Part shown: in pieces, positions 1 through 10,179 of the stretch
Layout of the letters: every line of letters starts with the position of its first letter
How positions within the stretch are numbered: the first letter of the stretch is position 1
IMG/VR virus record: IMGVR_UViG_3300042363_001100
Coordinates: 1 to 35,409 of that record
DNA: 35,409 nucleotides
Origin: a virus
Lineage: Duplodnaviria > Caudoviricetes
Strand: one strand, 5' to 3'
Made by a program: the position numbers and the translations under genes
The notes under the pieces: generated by a model
Database searches by the model: none
Seen by the model: only the letters and a program-made list of their open reading frames with translations
What the model was told of the DNA's origin: nothing

Positions 1-29
1 AATCCTGTGTTAATTATTTGCTTAGCCAT
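1..29 (-). CDS. 5' end of a gene truncated by the window edge; probable gp9/gp10-like baseplate wedge or tail fibre connector
   Basis: ATG at 29-27 reads MAKQIINTG, a typical N-terminus of T4-like gp9/gp10 proteins. It follows gp7 and has an AGGA RBS upstream. Only 9 codons are visible. Confidence 0.5.
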
Positions 30-59
30 TTTTGTTCCTATTTATTTTAAACTATTTAT

Positions 60-2381
60 TTAACCGTTATCAGTAGTAAAAGCGGTAGAGTCTACTGTTC
101 TAACAAAATTGTCTGCTGATACAGTTTGGTTTCCAATGTCTTGGTTCGGCCCAACTATATCAGCGCCACCTACAATATAATCATCTTTTCTAATAACTTG
201 AAACTTAGCAGTTATTACTGGACCTGTTTTTGCTTGGTAAGCAAAATTACCAAACATTTTAGTTCCAGCTAAATGCATAGTATCTGTCAAAACTTTTTCA
301 TAACGTTTGATATCTACAGTAGATTTAATTTCATAAGCATACTCTTGATAGTAATCGCTATCTTGTATTCTCATTTTACTGTCGTAGTATTCATCAACAC
401 CATCTGCTTCTAATGTTTTTACATAACCATTAAGATGCGAGTTTTGGCTAGCCCAGAATCCAGCAGTAATACCTTGCGAATTTGCTCTTAAGATAGCTTT
501 AGCATGTCTTGTTCCATCTTCATCAACTAGATATACTTCTTCTTGATCTACATATCCAAAGCCTGAATTTCTAATTTCTGCGGCTGAAATTCTACCTTGT
601 GAAAATAACGTTTCACTTCTAACTATTGCGCTTTCGCCAAATCTTTTAGAAGAATAATCTCTTTCAACTGCAAGAATGTCGTATGCATTTCCTTTGTGAT
701 TAAAGTAATCGTCATCGCCTGTTTTAAAGCCATAGTAACTATAAGGTCTTACATACAAAGCTTGTAAATCGTTATCAATTCTTGTAATTAAACCGGTAGT
801 TCCGGTTAGTGGCTGATTAATAGTGTCTCCAACTGAAAAAGAAGCACTATAATTATCAACAAGAATAACTTGTTCAAATCTTTCAAACGCAAGCATTTGC
901 TCATCTCTTATTAGAGTAAACGTATCGTTTGTATAACCAGATCCTGGGTTTATATTAATGAAAGATTTAATAGTACCAATATCAAACGGCGTTAAGTCAA
1001 ACGCATCTTCTAGTCGAGTGGCGAGTGTAACCGGATTTGCTGAACCTGACATCGGTATTAAAGCCGGAGGTGTTGTGTTAAAATTAGAAGAATTTAACGG
1101 AACGTTTAAAAAGTTGCTAATTAAATCTGTAATTAAAGTAACGTTTTCAACGTTGGTTAATTCTTCAACTCGGGCATCAGTAATAACACCCGTGTTTGCA
1201 TATAACGCGCCAGGTGAAGTACTGTTCTTTACTGATATTGTAAAAATATCGCCAGTTTGAGTATTAGGATTAAAAGCCGTAATAGTAAAATTTCCAGCTC
1301 CTCGATCTACTGTAGAAATAGGTCTACTAATACTAAACGAATCGCCAGGTTCCATCATTACACCAACTGCAACAGAGTTTTGGCCAATTACGGTGCCTTG
1401 ATTTCCAGCAGTATCTTGCAGTACTTCTAATTCTCTAAATCTAAATTCTGAATTATCGAGAATAATTACTTGATTTGATACTAAAATCTTAGTGTTTGGT
1501 ATCGTATAACCAAAACCGCCGTCTTCAATTGTATATCTTACAGTACCAGTAAATTCGTCTTGCAAATCGGTAACAATAGCGGTTCCGCCTTTTCCATATA
1601 CACTTTCAAGACTAAAAATATCGCCTATGTTATTTCCAGTAGTACCACCCCAATTTAAATCTATTGTTAAAGAATCGGCAGAACCATTTAGTCTTCCAAA
1701 AGCTACGTCTTCTCCATTAATACGAGTAAGAATATCATCGTATTTTATGAACTTGCCTTTTGGATCTGTAATATAAATGATAGGTGTAAGTGTACCATTT
1801 AAATAAACAAAATTGATTTTATCTACAATTGCTTTTGCTTTAGAAATAGACCCGTAAATATTTCTACTTAATAAATCTTTGTATTCATAAAGAATCGGTG
1901 TTGTGCCAGAAGAATAAAACTCATTGTTATTCGGAAACATTTGAAGATATGTGCCGGTCTTCCAATTAGAATCAGAAGGCTTAAACATGTATTTTGCTGG
2001 ATAGTTAACCTTAATGTCTTCTTGATAAAACATTCTAAAGAATAAAATCAAACCAGATTCTGTACCTTTACGACGGTACAAATCCATAATGTTTTTAATA
2101 ACAAATCTAACAACGGTATCATCGTCAAGTGCTGGCAAGTCTGCCATAAACTTCTTTTTGAAATAAATTAACATTTCAGCAAGAGTAGTACCAACGTCGC
2201 GATATTCAAACAGCCTACGAGTATTATAAACACCCATGTTAGGTTGAGACTCTACAAATTTGTAGTAATGCTCTACCATACTAACAAGCTCGGCACCTTC
2301 TTGTCTGTAATAGGCAGGAAACTGCTGCGCTATTTTAAACGCAATATCTTTTTCAACGAGGATAACTTGATTATCGGCCAT
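60..2381 (-). CDS. gp7: Baseplate wedge initiator gp7-like
   Basis: N-terminal QFPAYY...YYKFVE and IKNIMDLYRRKGTESG..LFFRMFY, C-terminal RIQDSDYYQEYAYEIKS...HLAGTKMFG; directly downstream of gp6. Confidence 0.85.
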   Translation of the reverse strand: MADNQVILVEKDIAFKIAQQFPAYYRQEGAELVSMVEHYYKFVESQPNMGVYNTRRLFEYRDVGTTLAEMLIYFKKKFMADLPALDDDTVVRFVIKNIMDLYRRKGTESGLILFFRMFYQEDIKVNYPAKYMFKPSDSNWKTGTYLQMFPNNNEFYSSGTTPILYEYKDLLSRNIYGSISKAKAIVDKINFVYLNGTLTPIIYITDPKGKFIKYDDILTRINGEDVAFGRLNGSADSLTIDLNWGGTTGNNIGDIFSLESVYGKGGTAIVTDLQDEFTGTVRYTIEDGGFGYTIPNTKILVSNQVIILDNSEFRFRELEVLQDTAGNQGTVIGQNSVAVGVMMEPGDSFSISRPISTVDRGAGNFTITAFNPNTQTGDIFTISVKNSTSPGALYANTGVITDARVEELTNVENVTLITDLISNFLNVPLNSSNFNTTPPALIPMSGSANPVTLATRLEDAFDLTPFDIGTIKSFININPGSGYTNDTFTLIRDEQMLAFERFEQVILVDNYSASFSVGDTINQPLTGTTGLITRIDNDLQALYVRPYSYYGFKTGDDDYFNHKGNAYDILAVERDYSSKRFGESAIVRSETLFSQGRISAAEIRNSGFGYVDQEEVYLVDEDGTRHAKAILRANSQGITAGFWASQNSHLNGYVKTLEADGVDEYYDSKMRIQDSDYYQEYAYEIKSTVDIKRYEKVLTDTMHLAGTKMFGNFAYQAKTGPVITAKFQVIRKDDYIVGGADIVGPNQDIGNQTVSADNFVRTVDSTAFTTDNG

Positions 2382-4177
2382 TATTTAACCTCAAATAAAT
2401 TAACCGTTACGTCTTCGTCATCAATAAGAAAGATTCTACCTGCAGGAGAAGTAATATCGTCTTTTTCTGTAGTTACCATAATTTTAATACCTGATCCTAC
2501 ATATCCTTCAGTTTTAAAACCAACAAGATTGATTTCACCGGTTTCATAATTTATATTACCGGCTACAGGTTTTACAATCTGAGGGTTAACTAAGTCTGAA
2601 GTTACGATTTGAATGTTGCCTATACCGTCGTCTTGAAAATAAGACTCAACATTGTTGTATTGAAATACGCTACTTCTAACTGCAGGTTTATAATCAGCAA
2701 ATCCGTTTGAATCTTTAAACGGATACGGCTTAGTTAATTTTGCGAAGAATTTAAATGACGGACTGGCAGAAATATTTAGAGCGGGTGAATACACAATATA
2801 AGGACACACGCTGATTTCATTACTTTCAATTGCCATATCGGCAGCATCAATATTAGATGATAACTTAGATAATCTTAATGTAGTATTAAAGTCATCTAAG
2901 TAAGTTGTATTGTAATTGGCAATTGCAGTTCTTACTTCTGTTTCAATTTGTCCCGCAGATTTCTTGGTTATTTTTGGGTTGAAATAAACATCTACGTTTA
3001 CGCAACCGTAAATAAACTCTGAATCAATAAAGATTGGTTCAATACCAAGAGGACTCTTATCTTTTAAATATGCAATATATGCGCTAGATAATGTTGATGA
3101 TAAGCCTTCACGACCTTCGCCAAGGTAAACTGAAATAGCAACTTTACCAAATTGCGGTGGATCTAATTTTTCTCCACCATACGCAGAAATAGAATCGATT
3201 TCTGGAAACTTTTGCTTCAATAGAATTTCGTAGTCTTTAGTAGTAACAGCTCGTTCTTGAATTTGTAAAGATTTAGGAGCAAAATATCTAATGCTTTCTA
3301 ATGATTCTCTGTCTCCGCCACCAGCAGCTGCTTGAATAGTTTCTACAGATATAGTAGCAGATGGCGATTCTGAACCTAATGAAAAAGCGAATGCTCCATT
3401 TGGTTCAGCACCAGAAGTAATTCTATATCTTACACGAATATCTTCAAATGCTTGAGGTTGTAAACCAAATACGTTGTTACCAAAATAAACCGTGTAGCGC
3501 CCATCATAATATGGTTCTACATAGAATACTTTATCGGTTGGACCAACACCAAAAATATCGTTCTTACGAATAAAAACATTATCGTTATCTGTTGCTTCAG
3601 CATCAACGAATACCTCGATTGAATCCGTGTCAGCATTTTCGTTAGTAAGAATAACTCGTAAAACTCCGTCGTCACCAATAAAATAACCTTCTCTTTCGAA
3701 TGAAGCAAGCATTGAACCTTCAAATATTTCAACATTTTCTGCAATAAAAACTCCAGGAGCAGTTTTACGAGCAACATACGCTACCGAGTTTACAAAGTCA
3801 TAAGTAGTACCTTGAAATGAAGTACTAAAGCTTGAATATTCTGGAATAACTACTGTTTGACCAACAGCAGATGTATCTCTAATTGTCACATTTACTACAG
3901 CTCTAGCAGATCTTCTTGAACGAGGTAAGTAATTTAATTCTTTAGCATGAGACATTACTGAGTTTTTTAACACAGCCGAATCAAGAAACATTTCATTGAT
4001 AGCCATGTTTGCGTAAAAGTTATTTTGAAACGTGTTATACGATAACACATCTAAAAACACACTCATGTTTGAGCCTTCAAAGTTATAATCTTTGAATTGT
4101 GTTTGGCTTTTCAGATAGTCTTTAAATTGTGTTTTAATAGACTCAAAGTCTAGTTCTGAAATATTTAATTTAGCCAT
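2381..4177 (-). CDS. gp6: Baseplate wedge subunit gp6
   Basis: ELDFESIK..KDYNFEGSNMSVFLDVLSYNT; QERAVTTKDY; GGEKLDPPQFGKV motifs of gp6. Confidence 0.95.
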   Translation of the reverse strand: MAKLNISELDFESIKTQFKDYLKSQTQFKDYNFEGSNMSVFLDVLSYNTFQNNFYANMAINEMFLDSAVLKNSVMSHAKELNYLPRSRRSARAVVNVTIRDTSAVGQTVVIPEYSSFSTSFQGTTYDFVNSVAYVARKTAPGVFIAENVEIFEGSMLASFEREGYFIGDDGVLRVILTNENADTDSIEVFVDAEATDNDNVFIRKNDIFGVGPTDKVFYVEPYYDGRYTVYFGNNVFGLQPQAFEDIRVRYRITSGAEPNGAFAFSLGSESPSATISVETIQAAAGGGDRESLESIRYFAPKSLQIQERAVTTKDYEILLKQKFPEIDSISAYGGEKLDPPQFGKVAISVYLGEGREGLSSTLSSAYIAYLKDKSPLGIEPIFIDSEFIYGCVNVDVYFNPKITKKSAGQIETEVRTAIANYNTTYLDDFNTTLRLSKLSSNIDAADMAIESNEISVCPYIVYSPALNISASPSFKFFAKLTKPYPFKDSNGFADYKPAVRSSVFQYNNVESYFQDDGIGNIQIVTSDLVNPQIVKPVAGNINYETGEINLVGFKTEGYVGSGIKIMVTTEKDDITSPAGRIFLIDDEDVTVNLFEVK

Positions 4178-4594
4178 TTATCGGGTCCTCTCTAAGAATA
4201 CATCAAGCGTAATAGGCTGTTGTACATTCGTGATATAAAAAGCGATTTCAACTTTTACGACATTGTCATCGATATTTGAACTAGCAATAACATCAATAAG
4301 TTCTGCCCTAGGCTCATATAAATCTATTGTTGTTCTTATGTTGTTTTGTATTAATATAAGTGTAGCAGGCGTAATGTTTTCAAATAACATTCCTGAGATA
4401 TTGCCGCCTAAATCTGGTTGCATTAACCTTTCACCACGGTCCGTAAGAATAAGATTCTTAATAGATTCTTTTACAGAGTCTTCATCTTTAAGAACGGTTA
4501 AATCGGACGACACTGGGCTTTTCTCAAGATTCTTTTTAAAATCTTGATACAGTGTAATCTTCTTACTCTTACCCGTAAATACGGTCGCTACCAT
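4178..4594 (-). CDS. gp25: Baseplate wedge subunit gp25
   Basis: SVKESIKNLILTDRGERLMQPDLG...YEPRAEL, the GPW/gp25 signature; adjacent to gp6. Confidence 0.93.
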   Translation of the reverse strand: MVATVFTGKSKKITLYQDFKKNLEKSPVSSDLTVLKDEDSVKESIKNLILTDRGERLMQPDLGGNISGMLFENITPATLILIQNNIRTTIDLYEPRAELIDVIASSNIDDNVVKVEIAFYITNVQQPITLDVFLERTR

Positions 4595-4596
4595 TC

Positions 4597-6369
4597 TTAA
4601 CTCCTTTTATCCCATTGTTTTACTGGGCCTATATCTAGATGCACAAAACTATTGTACAATCCGATTCCCCTGAATCCTTCTTTTCTTGCAAGAGCAACAA
4701 ACTGATTAGTCTTATCGCTTTTTGCTACAAATCCATCCCACACGATGTCTACTGCAAGCCCGTTTAAGTGTTGAGATGATTTTGCACCACCTACTTTAGC
4801 ATTATATTGTACGCTTCTCCATCCGCTGTTTATATAAATTGGACCGGATATAAGTCCAGCTTTTTGTGCAGCTTTTTGTAATCTTACAAGATAAACTTTT
4901 ACGTTCATATCTAGCTTTGTCCAACCCTCTGATGGTGGATTCATTTCTGAAACCCAGCATCCTGAAAATTTTAATGATGGTGCACTATCTGTTGTAGTAG
5001 GCGAAGGAATATTAGCCACTACTCCAGGTAATGATCCGGGAATAGGCAATACAACATCAGGTATTATACCAACCGAAACACCATTAGGAATATTAGGTAA
5101 TGTTACAGGCGTAGGCAATACAACATCAGGTATTATACCAACCAAAACGCCGGTACTACTACTTGCTTTTTCTATGTCTTTATATGAAGGAACATCACGA
5201 TATTCCTTGATAGTAGGAGTCCTTACATTACCTGCTTTTTCCCACACATCTTTAGCATTATTTATCTGTTGTCTCTTGCTCTCTTCTGACATTCTTATAG
5301 CACCAGATCTAATTGCTTCACCGGTTACACGATTAGAAGCGTTACTAATGGTATTAAAAACTTCGTCATATCTATTGCCAAAATTATTAAGCGGAGCTTT
5401 TAGACCTTTAAACAAACCTTCAAGACCGGTTGCTAGTGCGCAAAGACGCGCAATTAAAAATTGAATTTCTTCGAATGAAGGATTTGAAAACAAACTTACT
5501 GCGTAATCAATTAGTCTTTTAATTTTTGCTACAAGTCTTCTAATATTTTCCACATTACAAAATTCGCCTATTGTAGCTTTTTCTTCTTCAACTTTAACAA
5601 CAATTCTTGATTCGACTGCGCTAGTAATTGGGCCGGTAATTGATTCAACACTAAAGTTAGAGATTGCCATACAAACTTTTATGATTGCTTGCTCAATCAT
5701 ATCAACTATTTTCTTTTTAATTGCTTCAATTAAAGCTTTTACTTTTAGTTTTTCAAAAGCAGCTTTAATCGCGTCTTCAATGTTTTTAATTTTTTCAATA
5801 AACTTCAACGCATCTTCGTATAGCGCATTAAGTGTATCAACCAAATCAAAGAAAGCATTAATTACACCAAATATATTTGTCATCAAAGAACAAAAACCAC
5901 CAAGAATACTAACAGAAAAGTCTCCATTATAAAACGCTTCTAGTTCATTTAGAAATCTTGGACCATTAGCGTTAGACGATACGATTGCGGCAGCTGGCGT
6001 ATAGTTACTTTCTTTAATAAAAGCAGCAAATTCTAAAGGCGTGATTGCGCCCCTCTTTAATCTTTCAGATAATATTGGGTATTCTGGTATTCTTTCAGCA
6101 ATAAAGGCTCTCTTTAAAAAGTCGTTATTGATAGCATTTGTTACGTCATAAAAAGTATTTCCATATTGTTTTACTGCTAAAGACAATGGATTTTGTTCTG
6201 TGTCAGCAACAATAGTAGATATAAATTGCTCTTCAAAAATATCAATTTGATTAAGAGTTAACTCACCATTGCCATTAACTGGAGAACCAGCCTTTACAAA
6301 ATTTCTTTCTTCTATAGGACTTAAGCAACTAAAGCAAAGGCCTTTTCCTGGTTGGCATGTACATTTCAT
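4597..6369 (-). CDS. Tail-associated protein with long helical N-terminal region, Pro-rich linker and C-terminal peptidase M15 (Zn D-Ala-D-Ala peptidase) domain
   Basis: C-terminal INSGWRS..YNAKVGGAKSSQHLNGLAVDI...GIGLYNSFVHLDIG is the M15 pattern. Lies between gp5 and gp25. Confidence 0.8.
   Translation of the reverse strand: MKCTCQPGKGLCFSCLSPIEERNFVKAGSPVNGNGELTLNQIDIFEEQFISTIVADTEQNPLSLAVKQYGNTFYDVTNAINNDFLKRAFIAERIPEYPILSERLKRGAITPLEFAAFIKESNYTPAAAIVSSNANGPRFLNELEAFYNGDFSVSILGGFCSLMTNIFGVINAFFDLVDTLNALYEDALKFIEKIKNIEDAIKAAFEKLKVKALIEAIKKKIVDMIEQAIIKVCMAISNFSVESITGPITSAVESRIVVKVEEEKATIGEFCNVENIRRLVAKIKRLIDYAVSLFSNPSFEEIQFLIARLCALATGLEGLFKGLKAPLNNFGNRYDEVFNTISNASNRVTGEAIRSGAIRMSEESKRQQINNAKDVWEKAGNVRTPTIKEYRDVPSYKDIEKASSSTGVLVGIIPDVVLPTPVTLPNIPNGVSVGIIPDVVLPIPGSLPGVVANIPSPTTTDSAPSLKFSGCWVSEMNPPSEGWTKLDMNVKVYLVRLQKAAQKAGLISGPIYINSGWRSVQYNAKVGGAKSSQHLNGLAVDIVWDGFVAKSDKTNQFVALARKEGFRGIGLYNSFVHLDIGPVKQWDKRS
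5043..5143. repeat. 32-bp exact direct repeat (5043-5074 and 5112-5143) encoding a duplicated GIIPDVVLP linker segment
   Basis: TAGGCAATACAACATCAGGTATTATACCAACC occurs twice, 69 bp apart and in frame. Confidence 0.9.
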
Positions 6370-8507
6370 TATCTTCTACTCCCATTATTTGCCGCATATC
6401 CAGATTTTACTTTATCAAGTACATCTAAGAATGATTGAATTGTAGCAGTTGCTTTATTACCAGCTCTGTCTCCGTTATAATTGCTTTTACCAGCATTTGG
6501 ACCATCTACAAGTGGTAATGCTGCCCATACGCTGGCAAGTTTGTTAGCAAATATTTCTCTAGAAATTTCTCCACTTAAGAATTTATTTAATCCTTCTGAC
6601 TGTATTAAATATGTTGCTAACTTGTCTTGATTTTCTGGACTAAATAAAGAGCCAGAACTTAAACCAGCTTTTGCATAAAGCGAATCTTTTTCTGAACCTT
6701 TAGTTTTGTCGTTATTATATCCGCGCAAAGTATCTTCCATAATTTGATATCTACCAACAGCCTCTGAATCTTGAAATTTGTCAATGCTCTCTTGCCAATC
6801 AAGAATTTCTTTCATAGTCATTTGTGTTAGTTTCTTAGTTGGATATCTAGATCTAGAAACTAATCCATTAATATCGTCGTATCCTTTTGATTCTTTATTT
6901 CCAATAAAGTCAAGTAATGGCGCAAGAGCGCCTTGTGCTGAAGATGTTACTATGTTAGAAGAAGGATTAGGAATACGAACAATTAGCGCTGGATTATTGC
7001 AACCTTCGCCGTCGTGATCATTAGCAGAAAAACCACTACTGCCCATTGAACCGGGTTCAACTGCAGGAACAATAGATGTTGATTTAGCAACTGGCTCAGG
7101 CGCTTGTACTTTATCTGCTCTAAAAGCAAGTTCGGGATATGGAGACTGAGGAATAAAAGGCTTTTGTAAAACAGGTGGAATTAAAAATTTCGGTACCACT
7201 GTTAATCCTGCAGGCACTGGAGGTAAAACTGTTGTAACAGGCGCAAGATTAACAAACTCACCAATATTAACAAATGCAGAACTAATATTTGTTTGTACAG
7301 TACCACCAATTGTAAGATCAATGCCTGCACTAATATCTGTAGTTAATGTAGAAGAAATTTTTGTAGCTAAACTGCTGTGCGCAGACCAATTTGCCGAAAG
7401 TTGATTTATTGTAATAGCAGATAAATTCATTTCAGCTACTGATTGAATATTAACTTGAGTGTTGCCGCGCAAGTGCAATTTATCAGTTGCGTCAATCATA
7501 ATCTTTTCTGCTTTAACAGAAATTGCGCCGTATTTTGGAACAATACCTTCGAAGCCACCAGCGGAAATATTTAATTCTTTTGCAGCGTTAACAGACATTG
7601 TGCCAACGTTTGCTTCAATTCTTATATCAGCTGCTCGTACTTGAACTTGCTCAGACGCGTTAATAGTTGATTGACCACCAACTGAAAGCAAATGATTGCC
7701 GTGTACTTTAGTTTGTAAATCACCTTCAATTTCTTCTATCTTGTTACCTTTAACATACACATAACTATTGCCATTAATTGTAACAGTGCTTGATCCACTA
7801 ACGACAACGTGTTGTTTTCTGTCGATTACTTCAAATTTATCACCAGTTGATTTTTCTGTAACAGTACCACGAGAATCAATTTGTACATAAGATCCTGACT
7901 TATGAAAGATGGTAATTCTTTCTCCACCAGGAGTATCATCTAATTCAATACTGTGATACGCGGTTTCAATAACTTTATTGTGCGGATATTGTGTATTAAA
8001 AGCAGAACCTGGTTCATCCCAAGTGTCGCCCGCCGCAGTTTTAACATTTAATGTTCTGCCGGCTTCGTGTTGTAATACGTGAGTTGCTTGAATATCTTCA
8101 CCGCGTAGTAATCTTGATTGTTGCGGCTGACCAAAGTTTTCAGGATCTGATCCACGAGCAAGTAACTCGCCATCTGTATCTGGAATCCAACCCCAACCAG
8201 TTTTATCGGGATCTACCGGATCTGCAAATTGTGTTGGTATTAGACCTAAGACCATTGGTGTTTGTGCATCTCTGCCGTCTAAAAATACTCCAAACACCCA
8301 AGCGTTTACTCTAGGAATATTATTAGCGTCATAATTGCCTTGTGATACTACAGCCCAAGGTAAAGATTCTCTAGGTATTTCTTTGTTAGTGCCGTGTATA
8401 CCAAATGCTCGTACTTGCACTCGTCCTTCTAAACGAGGATCTACGTTATTTTCTATAACACCTATAAAGAATAACGGATTTTTAATTCCAATTCCAGTTT
8501 CAAACAT
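6369..8507 (-). CDS. gp5: Baseplate hub/central spike gp5 with C-terminal lysozyme-like domain
   Basis: OB-fold FIGVIENNVDPRLEGRVQVRAFGIH..LPWA; QYPHNKV..HSIELDDTPGGERI..HKSGSY; beta-helix repeats; C-terminal LLDFIGNKES..AVGRYQIM..LASVWAALP lysozyme-like domain. Confidence 0.9.
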   Translation of the reverse strand: MFETGIGIKNPLFFIGVIENNVDPRLEGRVQVRAFGIHGTNKEIPRESLPWAVVSQGNYDANNIPRVNAWVFGVFLDGRDAQTPMVLGLIPTQFADPVDPDKTGWGWIPDTDGELLARGSDPENFGQPQQSRLLRGEDIQATHVLQHEAGRTLNVKTAAGDTWDEPGSAFNTQYPHNKVIETAYHSIELDDTPGGERITIFHKSGSYVQIDSRGTVTEKSTGDKFEVIDRKQHVVVSGSSTVTINGNSYVYVKGNKIEEIEGDLQTKVHGNHLLSVGGQSTINASEQVQVRAADIRIEANVGTMSVNAAKELNISAGGFEGIVPKYGAISVKAEKIMIDATDKLHLRGNTQVNIQSVAEMNLSAITINQLSANWSAHSSLATKISSTLTTDISAGIDLTIGGTVQTNISSAFVNIGEFVNLAPVTTVLPPVPAGLTVVPKFLIPPVLQKPFIPQSPYPELAFRADKVQAPEPVAKSTSIVPAVEPGSMGSSGFSANDHDGEGCNNPALIVRIPNPSSNIVTSSAQGALAPLLDFIGNKESKGYDDINGLVSRSRYPTKKLTQMTMKEILDWQESIDKFQDSEAVGRYQIMEDTLRGYNNDKTKGSEKDSLYAKAGLSSGSLFSPENQDKLATYLIQSEGLNKFLSGEISREIFANKLASVWAALPLVDGPNAGKSNYNGDRAGNKATATIQSFLDVLDKVKSGYAANNGSRR

Positions 8508-9919
8508 TATGTACTCCTAGGAGCATCTGCGCTCTCTGCAATCTTTGTTTGTGCTTGTGCACTCCAATCAAATTTAGCCATCTTTAACATGGTATTTAAA
8601 GTTCCTTCATCATCTCTGCTATGCATCGTGCTTTGCACTAAATATCTTCCAGACATAGTTTGGTTAATACCAATACTAGCACTAATACCATCTAAATTTT
8701 TAATTTGTAAATCTACAATCATTCCAGGTCTAATATCTAGTCTACCTTTTAATCCTGCCATTACTGAAGTATTATTTAAGTGATGATAATATGAAACTCT
8801 ATTATGCACAATTTCAGCAAGCTTTTCGTCAGCTCGTAAAGTTGAAGCCATATCACCTTGTCTTGTATAGTTTCTGAAAATCATAAAGCGTCTAGCATTA
8901 TTTTCAGTAAAAGTGTCTTTTCTAAATTGCTCAGTGTGTGGATTATTACTAATAGACTTAGTAGTTCCGGTCATGTCTATGTATCGAGCATCGTCATAAT
9001 TAAACTTACTAATATCTAATCTTCGTCTAATAAAATCTATTTCAACAACTTCGTTTCTGTAAGAACCAGAAAATAAGTCTGTAGATGTATCAATACCTTT
9101 TGATAATACGTGCAATGTTTCTATTCTGTTTAGCTGACCTGCTGCGTTAACTGCGTCATAAGAAACAATTGGTGCATAATACATTGGGACTACATCCTCG
9201 GCTGTGATACCTTTTAAGAAATACTCATCAGTACAAAAATAATAATTTTCTAAAGTTTCAAAAAATCTAAAGGTTTGAGAAGGAGTGTCCGGATTATACG
9301 CACGAGCAGCAACAAAGAACATTGCTTCAGACGGAGTTAATCTTGGGATAATTAAATTTGTTGATGGGTAAGTTGGCTGGACAATAAATTGTCTTGTCGG
9401 CTCATCAATAATAGGATAACGATAACTATTAAAAGGTAACAATTTCTTACCGTCATTATCACGCTTAGAAGTGCCAAAGCCAAGTTTAGCATAATACGAA
9501 TTAAACATTTTATAAGCCATAGTGCTAACAGTATCAACATGTGCTTCGGTAACTCTTTTTGTAGTAGAATTAAAAGTAGTCTTTGAAACAAAATGCAACT
9601 TATATGTTACACCATTAGAACTTTGTGTTGGTGTAATATCTGAAACTTTATGAATTCTTGTAGATAATCTAACTTCAGTTCCAAGGTCCATACCTTTTAA
9701 CCAAAGGTTTAGAGTTTCTTCTCCTCTAATTGGCAGCCCATCAAGAATACCGATAGTATCAACAACAAACAACCACCCACTGTACGCAACCGCGTCCATA
9801 GATTGATTTATTTCAAACCTTCCAATAAAGTTTGAAGTAATATCTCTTTTTGTTGTATTGTTATACGAAATAATTTCCGCTTTTTGTATTTCGCAAACTG
9901 ATGGATTAAAGTCTGACAT
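8507..9919 (-). CDS. Baseplate hub protein, gp27-like
   Basis: LDGLPIRGEE, FRFFETLENYYF, GRLDIRPGMIV..SGRYLVQSTMH resemble gp27/GpD-like hubs; lies between gp53 and gp5. Confidence 0.7.
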   Translation of the reverse strand: MSDFNPSVCEIQKAEIISYNNTTKRDITSNFIGRFEINQSMDAVAYSGWLFVVDTIGILDGLPIRGEETLNLWLKGMDLGTEVRLSTRIHKVSDITPTQSSNGVTYKLHFVSKTTFNSTTKRVTEAHVDTVSTMAYKMFNSYYAKLGFGTSKRDNDGKKLLPFNSYRYPIIDEPTRQFIVQPTYPSTNLIIPRLTPSEAMFFVAARAYNPDTPSQTFRFFETLENYYFCTDEYFLKGITAEDVVPMYYAPIVSYDAVNAAGQLNRIETLHVLSKGIDTSTDLFSGSYRNEVVEIDFIRRRLDISKFNYDDARYIDMTGTTKSISNNPHTEQFRKDTFTENNARRFMIFRNYTRQGDMASTLRADEKLAEIVHNRVSYYHHLNNTSVMAGLKGRLDIRPGMIVDLQIKNLDGISASIGINQTMSGRYLVQSTMHSRDDEGTLNTMLKMAKFDWSAQAQTKIAESADAPRST

Positions 9920-10176
9920 TAGCTAGTTCTTATTTTTCTTGCAAATTCATTAGTAATAATAGGCAAATACGCTTTATCAATAAGAAATATTTCTCTTTTA
10001 TTATCATTCATAGCAACTTCTTGATCGTATACTTTCCACTCGCGCCATTCATCTGGAATGATACGCTTAATAATAATTTTACGACCTTGTTCTGTGCGTA
10101 AAATAACACGATCTTCTTTACGAAGATAAATTGTCCTAAATGATTCTGGTGCTAGTTTAATAATATCAATAGCCAT
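9919..10176 (-). CDS. C-terminal part of baseplate wedge gp53, encoded as a separate ORF
   Basis: VYDQEVAMNDNKREIFLIDKAYL resembles the gp53 C-terminus. Same frame as the upstream ORF, after TGA TAA, with its own GAGG RBS. Confidence 0.7.
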   Translation of the reverse strand: MAIDIIKLAPESFRTIYLRKEDRVILRTEQGRKIIIKRIIPDEWREWKVYDQEVAMNDNKREIFLIDKAYLPIITNEFARKIRTS

Positions 10177-10179
10177 TTA

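Noticed and set aside
958-9591. Short antisense or nested ORFs in the track (e.g. 958-1260, 2244-2549, 4263-4547, 5174-5464, 8051-8314)
   Set aside because: They lie within well-supported structural genes and have no recognisable motifs; shadow ORFs.
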